Assembly: GCF_000981445.1 (NCBI RefSeq)
Contig: NC_027216.1
Coordinates: 1,674,001 to 1,738,000, forward strand
Length of the DNA stretch: 64,000 bases
From: Babesia bigemina
Lineage: Eukaryota
Direction of reading: 5' to 3'
Under the pieces are notes generated by a model, which had not been told where the DNA came from, made no database searches, and saw only the letters and a list, made by a program, of their open reading frames with translations. The number at the start of each line of letters is the position of its first letter. Positions within the stretch are counted from its first letter, which is position 1. A program made the translations under genes and the position numbers. This document shows, piece by piece, positions 23,830 through 34,978 of this stretch.

Positions 23830-24881
23830 CGCGGCAAATGGCGTAACAGAACATCATCTGCGGAAGTAATGATTGGAATTGGGAGTATGCATGTTGTAGA
23901 TGTTCTCCGTCTGATGACTTCTATTTGAGTTCAGGTAGCCCCAAAATAGCATTTCTTATTTATCGAATATGGATATTATGTTGCTTTCGGACGAGTAAGT
24001 GATAGCTGGCCATACGCGGAATATCCATGTTCGTTATCTGATAATGGTGCCAGATGGAAGTTACTTAGTTTCTGTGATTAAAAGTCTACATCCACTACAT
24101 GAAACTACAATATGCATTCGCATTGGAAGTCGGAAGTGCGATGAATGCCTAGCTCCTAGGGGATTCCGTCGGCCTTAAGATTACTTCTGGAAGACACGGC
24201 ACGTACAGGTCATTAGGTAAAAAGCAGCACGTTTTTTAACGATCTCATTATGTATTTACGCAGGAAACATGGAGAAAACAAGTATTATGAATAGTGGTAT
24301 GATGTGAGTGATTTCACCAGTTCCGTTCCTGTCCGCCGTAGGCTGATGCGGGTCATACCTCTGACGCCGGATGCTCACGTCTACAGTTTTTAGGCGATGG
24401 CAAGCAAGTTATGTGTCACGCAAAATCTGCGGCAATTAACGGCGCGATAATATTTACACCATTGGGGATACAGAATAGCACGTATATGCAGGATAGTTTC
24501 TATGATCAACGTTTGCATTGTTATACAATCTATACGTGTTAATAGAGCGCGCACGCAGCAACATCTCAGTGTTTCCGTGTTTGATGTTTCACTGATTTTT
24601 GCTAAGGAGCACTAATCGCTTCTACAGCGGAAAATGTTTCAGGTATGAGCATAGTTGCTTACGAGTTGCTAGAATAACGTCGATCATGCACAGCCGTTGC
24701 AGGGTGCACCGCTGAAAAGTAACTCGCCATATTGCGACATGAATGCTATTCGACAGACGCTGACAACCATGTTCCATTTGATATGATTGCTTCAGTAGTG
24801 TGGACGAGGATTGCACACAACGTTGGCCGCGCCAACATCGCAAGATTACAAACGCTTCGGGGGTATTCTTATGATGGCTGT

Positions 24882-26147
24882 TCACTGGGGTAACTGAAGC
24901 AAAACCTGTTTCTTTTTATCTTTTTTGGCACTTTTCTTCGCAGCTTTTTTGGCAAGTTTTTTGGCAAGTTTTTTGGCATATTTTGGGGGCAGTTTTTTTC
25001 CAGAATTTTTCAATTTTTTTAATTGAGCTTTTTTCAAAGCTCTCTTCAACGCTTTTTTCGAATATTTTTTGAGACCTTTTTTCCCACCCTTGATGAGTTT
25101 GTCCACTTTCACAGATTCAGCATCAGTATCTACAGATGACAAACCGTCGAAATCCACAGAAGGCTCGTCGTCAAAGTCCATGGATGCCAGACCTTCGAAA
25201 TCCACAGATGGATCGTCGTCAAAGTCCATGGATGCCAGATCTTCGAAGTCCACAAATGGCTCGTCGTCAAAGTCCATGGATGCCAGATCTTCGAAGTCCA
25301 CAGATGGATCGTCGTCAAAGTCCATGGATGCCAAATCTTCGAAGTCCACAAATGGCTCGTCGTCTACATCTACTGGGATATCCAATCCATAAAACCCCCA
25401 GAATCCGGAGAAGGCGTAGAGTATGTTCAATACATTTTTATCCACAACTCGCAACAAGTTGAGGACATCTGAAGTGTTCAATGCGGCGCGGCCTGCTGGC
25501 TCCTTGTAACCCAATGCTTCCAATACGCTTCCCAAATGCTTATCTTCCATAGGATCTGTTTCTTTTGCAGTTGCATCTTTGCCTGCATCCCGCAAAGAAC
25601 GTATGCCAGCGTATAACATTGGCGCAATACCGACGAGTACCACTGCACAAGCTTCCGGGTCTTTCGCGCATGAAGAATCCCACGTAGCACCTGAACTGTA
25701 AGCAAACGTGTAATTTTCGGGGATTTTGACCTCTTCCAAGAACTTTTCACATCCATCCACTACTTTACCTAAGCTTCTTGCGATATTCTCAGGCGTGATA
25801 TTCCAGGCCTCTACGATGTTCTTGTAGTCGCTTTCTTTGACACCCATAGACACGGGATCGTGCATCTGCTGACTTTCACCCGTAGGCTTATTGAACCTCT
25901 CCACCAGGTTTTTGACAAAAGGCCGATCCATAAGCTCCGGTTGCTCCAAGAACTGCTGAGAAATATGTTTAACATTTTCGAGAGCTGGCACCTCCGTCAA
26001 ACCAACAGGCTTGTCAGAAAGAAAGTTGTACAGTGCGGCACCCATAGCCTTCAAGTTTTTCGCGCCATCAGTTCCCTTCAATGCGATCAACCAGTCAATA
26101 CCTTCCTTAAGGTTACGAGGAACCTCGGTCAACGAATTGTACACCAT
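24882..26147 (-). CDS. Short ves-like (variant erythrocyte surface antigen family-related) protein with acidic repeats and a Lys-rich tail
   Basis: N-terminus MVYNSLTEVPRNLKEGIDWLIAL matches the VESA-type SLTxxPxNLKEaIDW motif; also YSSGATWDSSC..EACAVVLVGIAPMLYAG. No signal peptide or C-terminal TM segment seen. Confidence 0.8.
   Translation of the reverse strand: MVYNSLTEVPRNLKEGIDWLIALKGTDGAKNLKAMGAALYNFLSDKPVGLTEVPALENVKHISQQFLEQPELMDRPFVKNLVERFNKPTGESQQMHDPVSMGVKESDYKNIVEAWNITPENIARSLGKVVDGCEKFLEEVKIPENYTFAYSSGATWDSSCAKDPEACAVVLVGIAPMLYAGIRSLRDAGKDATAKETDPMEDKHLGSVLEALGYKEPAGRAALNTSDVLNLLRVVDKNVLNILYAFSGFWGFYGLDIPVDVDDEPFVDFEDLASMDFDDDPSVDFEDLASMDFDDEPFVDFEDLASMDFDDDPSVDFEGLASMDFDDEPSVDFDGLSSVDTDAESVKVDKLIKGGKKGLKKYSKKALKRALKKAQLKKLKNSGKKLPPKYAKKLAKKLAKKAAKKSAKKDKKKQVLLQLPQ
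25148..25364 (-). repeat. 48-bp coding tandem repeat, about 4.5 copies (DDEPFVDFEDLASMDF-type), alternating A/B variants
   Basis: tcgtcgtcaaagtccatggatgcca recurs every 48 nt. Variants alternate EPF/DPS, giving a 96-bp higher-order unit. Confidence 0.95.
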
Positions 26148-27878
26148 TTTGCGGAGATTAGTTACGTTGGACTACTTCTGTAAATGGGTTGAGCTCTTGT
26201 GTAGTTAGTAGCAGACGTGCATACGGCTGCGTATTAACGAAGTATAAGCAAAAAACTGGTACCGTGACCTTCTAAAGTATATGGACCAAATTGAAATTAA
26301 CAAAACAGTTTATACAAGAAACAACTGTGTTTTAAATACGCGGTAACCGCTACGCTGCACTATCGCAGCCAACTCCACGCAAATAACGTGACATGCGGCA
26401 CGCATAACGCGAGTCCAGAGGTAAACAAGATTCGGGCAAAACTGCACGTACTGTGCCTAGGGTTGTTAATAAAATTTGTAACTGTGTACAAATGTCTAGA
26501 ATGTCGCGTTAGGTTTATAGTAGTGTCTTACAGAGCCGACGTCGTACCATGGTTATGACGTCCCACCACTTGCCGATGTCGTCCAGCGCATCTACCGTAA
26601 GAGCGCTTGCCTTTTAGCCACCCGAGAATAAGACGATTTATTACACATTACAACATCTGGAGTGCCGCCAGTCAGCTGTTGAAATGTATGGCGACCCAGG
26701 CTAACGGTGTGTTGTCATTGCGAGATGGAGCCTCTAGACCGACTTCCATCGGTTATGTGCGACAATGTGGTTGCTATACGCCAGTAGTACACTGGGAACG
26801 ATTGCCCGCAACAAAATAGGTCCAGCGTTAAACGTGTAATTGGAACCACTTCCAATCCGCTGCGGAGAGGGTGTCTCGTGTGTTTTGCCAACTGCACGCA
26901 TTAATGCGGTGTATAATACACTTCACTTCTATGCTGTACATTGCCTACTTAACGCGTCATTCTCCCCCTCAACCAAATTTTAATTAGACCTGTTAGACGC
27001 CTTGCGCCCTCCAGAGGACGATTTCTCACTATAGGGATACTACTGTATTCGGTACAACTACAAACGATATAACATCCACGTGTCACACATCACGTAAAGG
27101 TGGTGATATAACATGGAACGACGCATTCTGGCAGGAAGCCTCACATCCTGGGCCTAGTGGGATTGCACTCATTATTGAGCCAAGCGTTCTCGTACGGCTT
27201 TCGTCCCCTTCGAGCGTGGCTTCAATATTTCACATACCAATATTGTGCTGCCGCAAAGCTCACTACTGTGAGCGTTGCAAGTGCTTTATCTCATCAATCC
27301 CATCATTCTGTAAGCAATGTCTCTGAGTTGGGTGACGTATCGAAATTCACAGTTCTGATCTGCAGACGTGCCTCGCTACATTCTTGCAAAGTATCTGACG
27401 TAGTTCACTGTGCATATGTGGTCTCATTAAACGATTCCTATATGTCTTAACACAGGCGGCCTAGCGTGGTAAGCCAGTGGCCAGCTTAATGCTTAACCAC
27501 CTTCGTGGAGTTGCTTGAGTAGACCGAGCGTTCCAAGATAAATACTTTTGTTACGTTCTAATGGCATTGCCGATCTTTCAAATTGTGAATAAGTAAGCTA
27601 ACCACTGTACCCCAACCCAACCATTCGGTCACTGCGAAAGACAGAGCGAAATTAGGGCGGTATATGATAACGCGCCACCCTAATAACTGCGGTTGCTAGA
27701 AACCACACGTCTTATAAGCGACTTATATAACACCAAACAGTGTTGCGTGCTACTACCGGAATGATCGCATTCTAACCGACGGGGACACTCACGGCAGTAG
27801 ACCACCCACCAAAAAACCAACACGAACTATGACAATTAAAGTGGCTAATTGCCAAACGAGTCACCGAGTTTTATCTAC

Positions 27879-30779
27879 TCATTCCTTGGCGTAGTAGTTC
27901 TCAACCTGGATGGTAGAGAGGGTGACACCTTTGAGAGTGACGCACCGGCACTCCAACGGCGGCGTCTGGCGCAGCGTTTCCCCCCGCCCTACCAGTTTGC
28001 TCTTGAATGCTAGCGTCACAAAGTGATTAGTGCGCGATGCTTCCAACGACTTGCTGAGATTGTTTACTTTTTTCACTATGCCGTCAACAAAGACATTGTT
28101 AAAGCAATTGGGTGGGTCCAGGACGTACGGTACTGGGCAGTAGAATGCGGCTTCCTTAGCGGCTTGAAGGTCTATCTTGCAACCAATTTCTCTTCCGTCA
28201 GCGTCGTAGAGTTTGGGTGTTTCGGGCTTGAACAACTCATCTGACGCATATGTGACTCCGCAGCCTTGCATGTACGGGTCAGTGGTCTCGACGTTCACCA
28301 CAACGACGTGCCAATTGTGTTCGTCTGACAATTTGGTATTCTGTAAATGGGCGTCTCCAGATGCGCCTGACGTGGAACCTTCACCATTTACGCTTGATAA
28401 ACTCGACTGATCAGGTGCCTTACCGCAGACGAAAGCCAACGGTACGCGTTTAGTATTAGTTGGGTCTTTGGAGATTATCACAGCGTTTCTACGCGACGTT
28501 ATCTTTAGTGTTTGATACACGGCTCCTTCCAAATATTTACGGAAAACGGCTTGCAATCCACCTTTTGCACTGACCATCACGGCCTCGCGTGATGTCCTAA
28601 TAAGCTTGCTCCCGTGGAACGTATGATGGATACTATAATGAAATTCATCGACTTGAGTTGGGAGCCATGTCACCAAATTTATTTCATTATTGACAGGGTT
28701 AGCAACGTCGTAATCAAGTTTACAACGCAATAACAACGTTGTTCCCACGTCAAGTTCGACGGAATGCATGCGTGGTTTATGCAGATCAACCATCATTGAT
28801 GAATTGGATTCTTCTGTTAACAGTACGACCTTCTGCCAAGGCAGCGATAGGTATGGGAGCAACGTATCAGACCGAGTTCTACGGTTTACTTCGTACGCAT
28901 GTGTTACTTCATTATTGGATCCTAACACAAGCCTCGAGGATTCGTATCCGCGTTTATCCACGCACATACACGCGTAACTAATTGGGACATCGCTCCTGAA
29001 AAGAAATTGTAAATCTTGAAATCCTCGAATGGAGTAAGCCGATGTCTTACGAATGAATCCAGGGTACGGTACAACACTATTCGATTGTAGATCGTACATC
29101 ACGGAGTCACAGTTGTTAGGCAACAGTTCCTCATCAGGTCCACAGTATATGCCAGCCTTCCATGCGTCCTTAGTCACTTGTAATGAACACTCGTATATAT
29201 TCCCTATACCACTTCCCATCAATTTAATTGAGCAATACTTCCTGCTAGTTTCTGGATCAAAGACACCCCTTTGCATTCGGTCACAGCCACGCAATATGTA
29301 TCGATGATTACACGCAAAGGATACAACAACAGGCGCAAAAATCTTATCCAAATTATTCGGGTTCGTAGATGCCAATTTCCAATAATAGCAGAAAGAATTT
29401 GTGCCATATTTTAATGCAAGAGGTTTGTTTGGATTGTAAATCAGTTTGATCACACCACGTGACATTTGGGAAAGATCCAGCTCAATAGCATCGCCAGCCA
29501 AGACCTCTTTGTAAAATCTTTCGTTGTAACTCTCGAAGTCATACGGTTTTATGAGTTGCCGCAGGGTAGTTAGGTCCTTCGGCAGGAATTCCGATTCGTA
29601 TTCATAGGCGGATGGCAGTTGAGAGAATGGCACATTCGAGACATCTTCGGAGATATCTCCGTCGGAATCAACGTCAATCGAAACCGAGTTCACAGGCTGC
29701 GTTGGAATCTTTATAGTCAAGGTGCTACCAGGATGAAGTACCGCCGAACACCACGGGCCACGGATTGGTCGTAATCGGTTTCGGAAGATCATGCTGGCAA
29801 TGTCACAGACATGGTCGGTTTTTGAACGCATTTCAATCCTGGCCTTCAGCCTACTTGTTTGAGGATCTATACACCTACATTCACCATAGAATGGTCGTAC
29901 TGCCAATTTATCAAAATATTGCGCTACAACCCAAGGCCTATGGTGCACAAATTTCCAATAAAAGCGTGGATGAGGGGGCACCACAACGCCACCATCCCCG
30001 TCTAAGAGTGAAATCATACAATCATGTGGTTCAATTTGGCCTTCGCATAAGAAACCGATTCGTGATACCGATAGAGGGTCCACCACACATGACGGCGTGC
30101 CTGTGACTCGATCCACACTCACCTCCATATCCGGATCGAAGAGTGGTGAAGGGCGCGTACCACAGCCTACAAGAGGTGATTGCGAACGTCCTCTATGCAG
30201 GTAAAATACGCCAACACCATTTCCCATCGTTTTTAGTATCTCAACCATTGGCGTGGATGAGCTCCACGGAAGGATTCTTACCTTGTCATAGCCTTTAAGA
30301 TCGTGAAGGTGACGCTGCATCGTATCGTTCAATACCCAATCTCTTGGAGCGCAAATGAATATGAGGCGGCGTTGGGTGATGACAAATAACTCATGCCTTT
30401 GTAGATCGAAATGTAGAGTACTTATTGTACGTTTGGTTTCTAGCCTGATGAATGGTTTCACGGTTTCAGATCGCACCACTTCCGAAATAGGAACTGTAAG
30501 TAACTTGCCGTTTTCACTCACGTACGTTTGGAGACGAGTTTCTTCACTTGATTGTGGTTGAGGATGCCATACATATTCGATGTCGTTGGCTTCTCTGGGA
30601 CATATTGCCGTTCCGCTGTCGATGATATCTAGATCTTCATGACACGTGATTAATGCTGCCCGTCTCAGCATATCATGCGGGATGTGGAAGTGACAAGGGG
30701 CTGCGTCGACTAAACTAACAAACTGAACCACTAATCCAGAAATCGCCCACACGGACATCGTGATGCTAAATTTTGCCAT
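27879..30779 (-). CDS. 6-Cys (s48/45 domain) family secreted protein, 966 aa, about three domain pairs, no obvious GPI signal
   Basis: Signal peptide. Three copies of the GC..C..(F/Y)xC..PxxC..CxC pattern, e.g. QGCG...GCKIDL...FYCP...PPNCF...ECRC. The C-terminus is hydrophilic (ENYYAKE). Confidence 0.8.
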   Translation of the reverse strand: MAKFSITMSVWAISGLVVQFVSLVDAAPCHFHIPHDMLRRAALITCHEDLDIIDSGTAICPREANDIEYVWHPQPQSSEETRLQTYVSENGKLLTVPISEVVRSETVKPFIRLETKRTISTLHFDLQRHELFVITQRRLIFICAPRDWVLNDTMQRHLHDLKGYDKVRILPWSSSTPMVEILKTMGNGVGVFYLHRGRSQSPLVGCGTRPSPLFDPDMEVSVDRVTGTPSCVVDPLSVSRIGFLCEGQIEPHDCMISLLDGDGGVVVPPHPRFYWKFVHHRPWVVAQYFDKLAVRPFYGECRCIDPQTSRLKARIEMRSKTDHVCDIASMIFRNRLRPIRGPWCSAVLHPGSTLTIKIPTQPVNSVSIDVDSDGDISEDVSNVPFSQLPSAYEYESEFLPKDLTTLRQLIKPYDFESYNERFYKEVLAGDAIELDLSQMSRGVIKLIYNPNKPLALKYGTNSFCYYWKLASTNPNNLDKIFAPVVVSFACNHRYILRGCDRMQRGVFDPETSRKYCSIKLMGSGIGNIYECSLQVTKDAWKAGIYCGPDEELLPNNCDSVMYDLQSNSVVPYPGFIRKTSAYSIRGFQDLQFLFRSDVPISYACMCVDKRGYESSRLVLGSNNEVTHAYEVNRRTRSDTLLPYLSLPWQKVVLLTEESNSSMMVDLHKPRMHSVELDVGTTLLLRCKLDYDVANPVNNEINLVTWLPTQVDEFHYSIHHTFHGSKLIRTSREAVMVSAKGGLQAVFRKYLEGAVYQTLKITSRRNAVIISKDPTNTKRVPLAFVCGKAPDQSSLSSVNGEGSTSGASGDAHLQNTKLSDEHNWHVVVVNVETTDPYMQGCGVTYASDELFKPETPKLYDADGREIGCKIDLQAAKEAAFYCPVPYVLDPPNCFNNVFVDGIVKKVNNLSKSLEASRTNHFVTLAFKSKLVGRGETLRQTPPLECRCVTLKGVTLSTIQVENYYAKE

Positions 30780-30914
30780 AACTTCTTATTCACATCATAG
30801 GATTGACAATCACTATACTGAATAAATATTGATTTTAATCAACATGCATTGTATGTTTATATGAAAACAGTAAATATTTTGACACTTTATTCTTTGTATT
30901 ATGAAAGTTCATCG

Positions 30915-31225
30915 GTACCCCATCGCTGCAGGTAGCTGAAAAAAAAACGACCAAATTTTCATACGTAGACACTACAGAAATAGCCAATACACCAGTCAAT
31001 TATATATATATCATTTGAATCACGTGATAAAATTTGCGACAATCATAGTTCTTATGAGGACGCTATCGATTGTCCCCAGCGGCATCACTCTGGTGTCTTA
31101 CGATGGCTATACCCCTATTAATCGGAGCAGCACGGTACGCGGACGATAACAATATGTATCATCGAGATGTACACAACTGACAATTATTTTTATGTTCAAC
31201 GGCAGTTGACAAGAGTACGTAGTAC
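30915..31225. promoter_or_regulatory. Cluster of GTACNC/GNGTAC (AP2-G-type) motifs upstream of the 6-Cys gene
   Basis: GTACCC 30915, GTACGC 31135, GTACAC 31169, GAGTAC 31213, plus a bare GTAC at 31222. Confidence 0.4.
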
Positions 31226-31790
31226 GAGGATCTGGTAAAGGAATTGAAGCGGTGCTCATTAGACGAACTGACGATTTCCCAGGCGACTAATTAAGAAAAT
31301 TTGAGCCATTCGAACGTTGACAAAGCTACCAGTTGTGTAAATTCGGATACCTGTTATGATATATTGAGCAGACGGCAAACGCTACGAATCTTTAAATGAC
31401 CCCGTGCCAGTGAAGGATGAATTCCCAGATGAACAATGGCGTTCGGCAACATCACTATTTAAAATCGGCAACCAACGACGATGAAGTCTACAATAAACGC
31501 TTAAAAGTGAGTTAAAGTCAAATGCATTGAGGTAAACAAATGAAAAAAAAGAACGGCATCACATTGCAATTGTTCGAGCGTCATAGAGAATGCATTTTTT
31601 AAACTCCGACATAATTAATTTCATGTCGGAGTATTTCCATACATACTCTGCAGTCGGATATTACAGACCTAAGGGCCGACAGCGCTCCATAATCCGGTAT
31701 TTGCGGGTAGTTCGAGAACTTTTCAGTTTTGACGTTACCGGATAAGGCATCACGGTTAGAGGTTTCAGTAATACACGTTTAACGCATTCA

Positions 31791-33373
31791 TTATATGCTT
31801 GCGTCTGCTATTTCATGAATCTCGGTGGATTTGTCCAAATCACTCAATATGTCAGCTAATTCCCTCTTACTGTTTTTCTTCCAGTGATCCAAGTTGTCTT
31901 GCGAATTCTTTTGCAGGAAACGAGTAAGATAGCTGTTACTGTCGATAAAGATTAGCTCGTTGATCAAAGGTGTGGTGAATCCTTGGAAGAATCCCAGTTG
32001 TGAGTCGGGGATGTCCGCCGACCTCGTCCTGTCGAAGAATAGCAGCAGTGGAATTGATAACAATCTTTCTTCGTCACCTTGCATGTGGAATTCGTCAAAC
32101 AGAGACTTAGTCCATGGCAGATGTTCACACCAGGGCAGGAAGTTGTGGCCGATATCGGCTGTCTTGACACATAGTACCATAAGCAGCCAGAGGTCCTCCG
32201 GGTTGTTCTTGTAATCAAAAGCACCGCTGACCCTCCTGTCCCTGACGTTGTTAATATGGGTGAAATGCGACATCATATCGGTGGCCAATACCAGCTGAAT
32301 GATCCTCTTCCTGATCAATTCCCAGTCCGTCTGCGAGAAAAGGTCGAAAAACGTTTCTTGCGACCTGATGATGTGGCAGACCAGCGACGCGTGGTAGTTT
32401 TCCAAGATGCTCGCGTCATTGTAGATGAGCGCCAGTGGGCTTTCTGTCGACCGTAGGAAAGCATTGGTTTTTCCTGCAAGATCATTAAGCGCTCCGGAAA
32501 TTTACTCACCTGGATGACCCGCATCATGTCCAATAGCAGCAATAAGATATGCGAACTCCTCAATGGGTGTCAGGCATTCCTTCAACCCCAGCGCCTTGGT
32601 GAGAACTGCCGTCATGTGGGCAACGCATGCTCCATGTAGTGCATTGTGGTAGGGATTCGGTAGGTACACGTCTTGTATCATCGTGAGCACGGGTGACAGT
32701 AACTTATTGAATTCGGGGTGTATCCGATCACCTACTGGACTGATGAGCGCGTGTCCAACACATACAATAGGCCCCATTTGCGTAACGGTTTTAAAATTTG
32801 AGAGGGCCAGAATATCCACATTCCAGTTATTTCCAAGTTGGGAGAGTACCTTTTCGTACTCCTCTTGGCTATCGTAATTGATTTTGACGTTTCGTCTGCT
32901 GTCTCCGATGACCCACCCTTTTCGTGGTCTCGGCGACTGCACAAGTTCTTGGCTTGCATCGTCCTCTTTGATTACGTTCTCAGTGTACGTCGGAGCCAAG
33001 GTGTCTTCCTCGTACGCTGTGTCACGATGCACACAGCTGCAGAACAATGTGTGAAAGAAGTTGGTGGCCAAACTTTTGCCATTGGATTTCGAGGCTTTGT
33101 TGGACGTTTGCGAGGGGTTCCATGCTGATTCCAATTCTCCTCTATTGATCTTTTGCTCATATATCGCACGTTTCACTTCCTTGAATGCGTTCGTAACGGA
33201 CTCGTCGGCCCTGTGATCCAGGAGGAATCGCTCGATTGCGAGGAGCGAGCACATGAGATCTTTCGTCATCGTGGCTCGTGAAGCAGCGTTTCCCTGTGTT
33301 GCAAAGATATTAACTAAGCGATATAAACGTTTGGCCTGTTAAAACGCAAGGTCGCATTAGTTCGGCTGGGCAT
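31791..33373 (-). CDS. Class I 3',5'-cyclic nucleotide phosphodiesterase
   Basis: YHNALH, HDAGHPG|KTN (intron 32509-32474), LENYH, LATD, ADIGH, EFHMQGDEE and the invariant Gln in DSQLGFF. A probable first exon 33373-33329 joins via intron 33328-33294; ATG 33269 is the alternative start. Confidence 0.9.
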
Positions 33374-33638
33374 CCTCGAATTTCCGTCCGGTCATCGTAA
33401 GTGTTTCAACAACCTATGCCTATGCCCCGCCATTGGCAACACACCCACTGCATTAGCAGTTGACACAAAGGCCACAAAAACGACTCGAATACCGACTCTT
33501 CATTTAACGCAGCAACGCGTTCCGGGATGCGGTGGAAGTAGGGGTAGGGAGCCTTTTGCAGGCATACGGCGCACACATTCGCAATTTGGTATGTCTGAGG
33601 TATTAAATGCGTTGCGACCTTTATACTTTTGTGCGGTG

Positions 33639-34978
33639 CTAGTTATTTCTGTGCTCGTCGAGGGTCTCCTTGAAGTTGGCGCCGTTTGTGAATCGTTGCG
33701 CCTCGTGCTTGAGAAACCTGAAATCATTGTTTACACATGTGTGAGCCTTACCTAAAGCAATTTACGTGTGGGTATTTTCTCATTACAACGTGTAGCATAG
33801 CCTTCGCTCGGAGATCTCCCAGGTATGCGTACCGGTGGAACAGTTCGTCAGCCAGGTACTGCGCGCTTTTGAATGCAATCAGTCGCAACGGTTACCTGTT
33901 GCGGGTCCATAAGCGGTATCCTGTCCCGATATCGTGGCTTCCATTCGTAAGGAAAAAGCGCCATTTGACGTGCCACTCGTATGGCCTTGAAGATTTGTCT
34001 CTGCTGCTGCCTCGTTGCGAAGGTCAACCTTCGCGGCAGTATTTGCCCATTCTCCGCCACGAAGTTGTGTAGCACGTGTAGGTCTGTCAAAGCGTTAATA
34101 CACTTTGTAGCGGCCCGACCTCTGAACGAGAATGGTCGTCTATTGTTCTGTAAAACCAGGCGGCGGTCGACGTCTGGGTCCCAGAAGCGATCGTTTAGGT
34201 TACTAGCCAGCGGTTCCGACGCCTGCACTTATTTGCTCTAATATTGACTTCGCCACAGCTCGAGGTTGTGGCCGTCTGCGTTGCCGCAGTCGACGTACCT
34301 CCTTAGGCTCGCTTTCGTTCGCGTAAGGGTCGCCAAACTTGTCGAAACTTTCAGCGGCGTCTCTTATCATTTTCCGTTGTTTACGCACCTCCGCAGCGCT
34401 GATGAGTCTGCAGCAGAATCTCACTGTCGCTGCGTTTCCCGGCTCACCTGGCAAGGTCGTTGAACTCCGCTGCCACTTGCAACTTTAACCCATCCAGACG
34501 TTTGAATGGATCCCAGTAGGGATCGATGTACTCGTTTCTTTGGTCGAGTTTGGGCATCAGCTGTTGCATCATGACCTATGGTAAGGCTTGCACTAACGTG
34601 TTGGCACGGATTGGCCCTCTTGAATATTGCTCTAGTGATTTCACGCTCCTTGCGCGTGAATTCAAGCACTTCTGGTGAGTCTCGCGTCTCGTCTGTGTAA
34701 CCATCGGCTTCAGCTCGCCTGCGATATATATCTGACATGCACTCCTGGTAGAGCGCGTCGTACGAGCCCTCCTCACTAATCTGCATAAGGTGACTTTACA
34801 CCATGGCATCACATACCTTGTGTTGCTGCGTGGGTTTGGCCTTGGCAAAGATCTCCTCGAAGCTCATGTCCGACGTCGGCGGATTTTTAGACGGCTGCGT
34901 GGAGCCTGGTCGTGCCGACGCGGCGCAAAATCTTCGAATAAGTGCCGCATAAGGCCTTATGTCGCACAGTGGTGCCAT
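33639..34978 (-). CDS. Mitochondrial ribosomal protein S18 (bS18m)-like, multi-exon, with a long N-terminal extension
   Basis: S18 signature VLHNFVAENGQILPRRLTFATRQQQRQIFKAIRVARQMALFPY. Arg-rich presequence-like start MAPLCDIRPYAALIRRF. Several short GT-AG introns join the ORF-track fragments; internal boundaries are only partly resolved. Confidence 0.8.

Noticed and set aside
25148..25364. CRISPR-like periodicity (also 59752-60243)
   Set aside because: Head-to-tail in-frame coding repeats with no unique spacers, no cas genes, and a eukaryotic context.
26150..27870. Long spacer examined for ncRNA, transposon ends or a pseudogene
   Set aside because: No convincing ORF, terminal repeats or tRNA/snRNA signatures by eye.
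31603..31632. 10-bp perfect inverted repeat actccgacat/atgtcggagt downstream of the PDE
   Set aside because: A single short hairpin is expected by chance in 64 kb; no target-site duplication or second copy seen.
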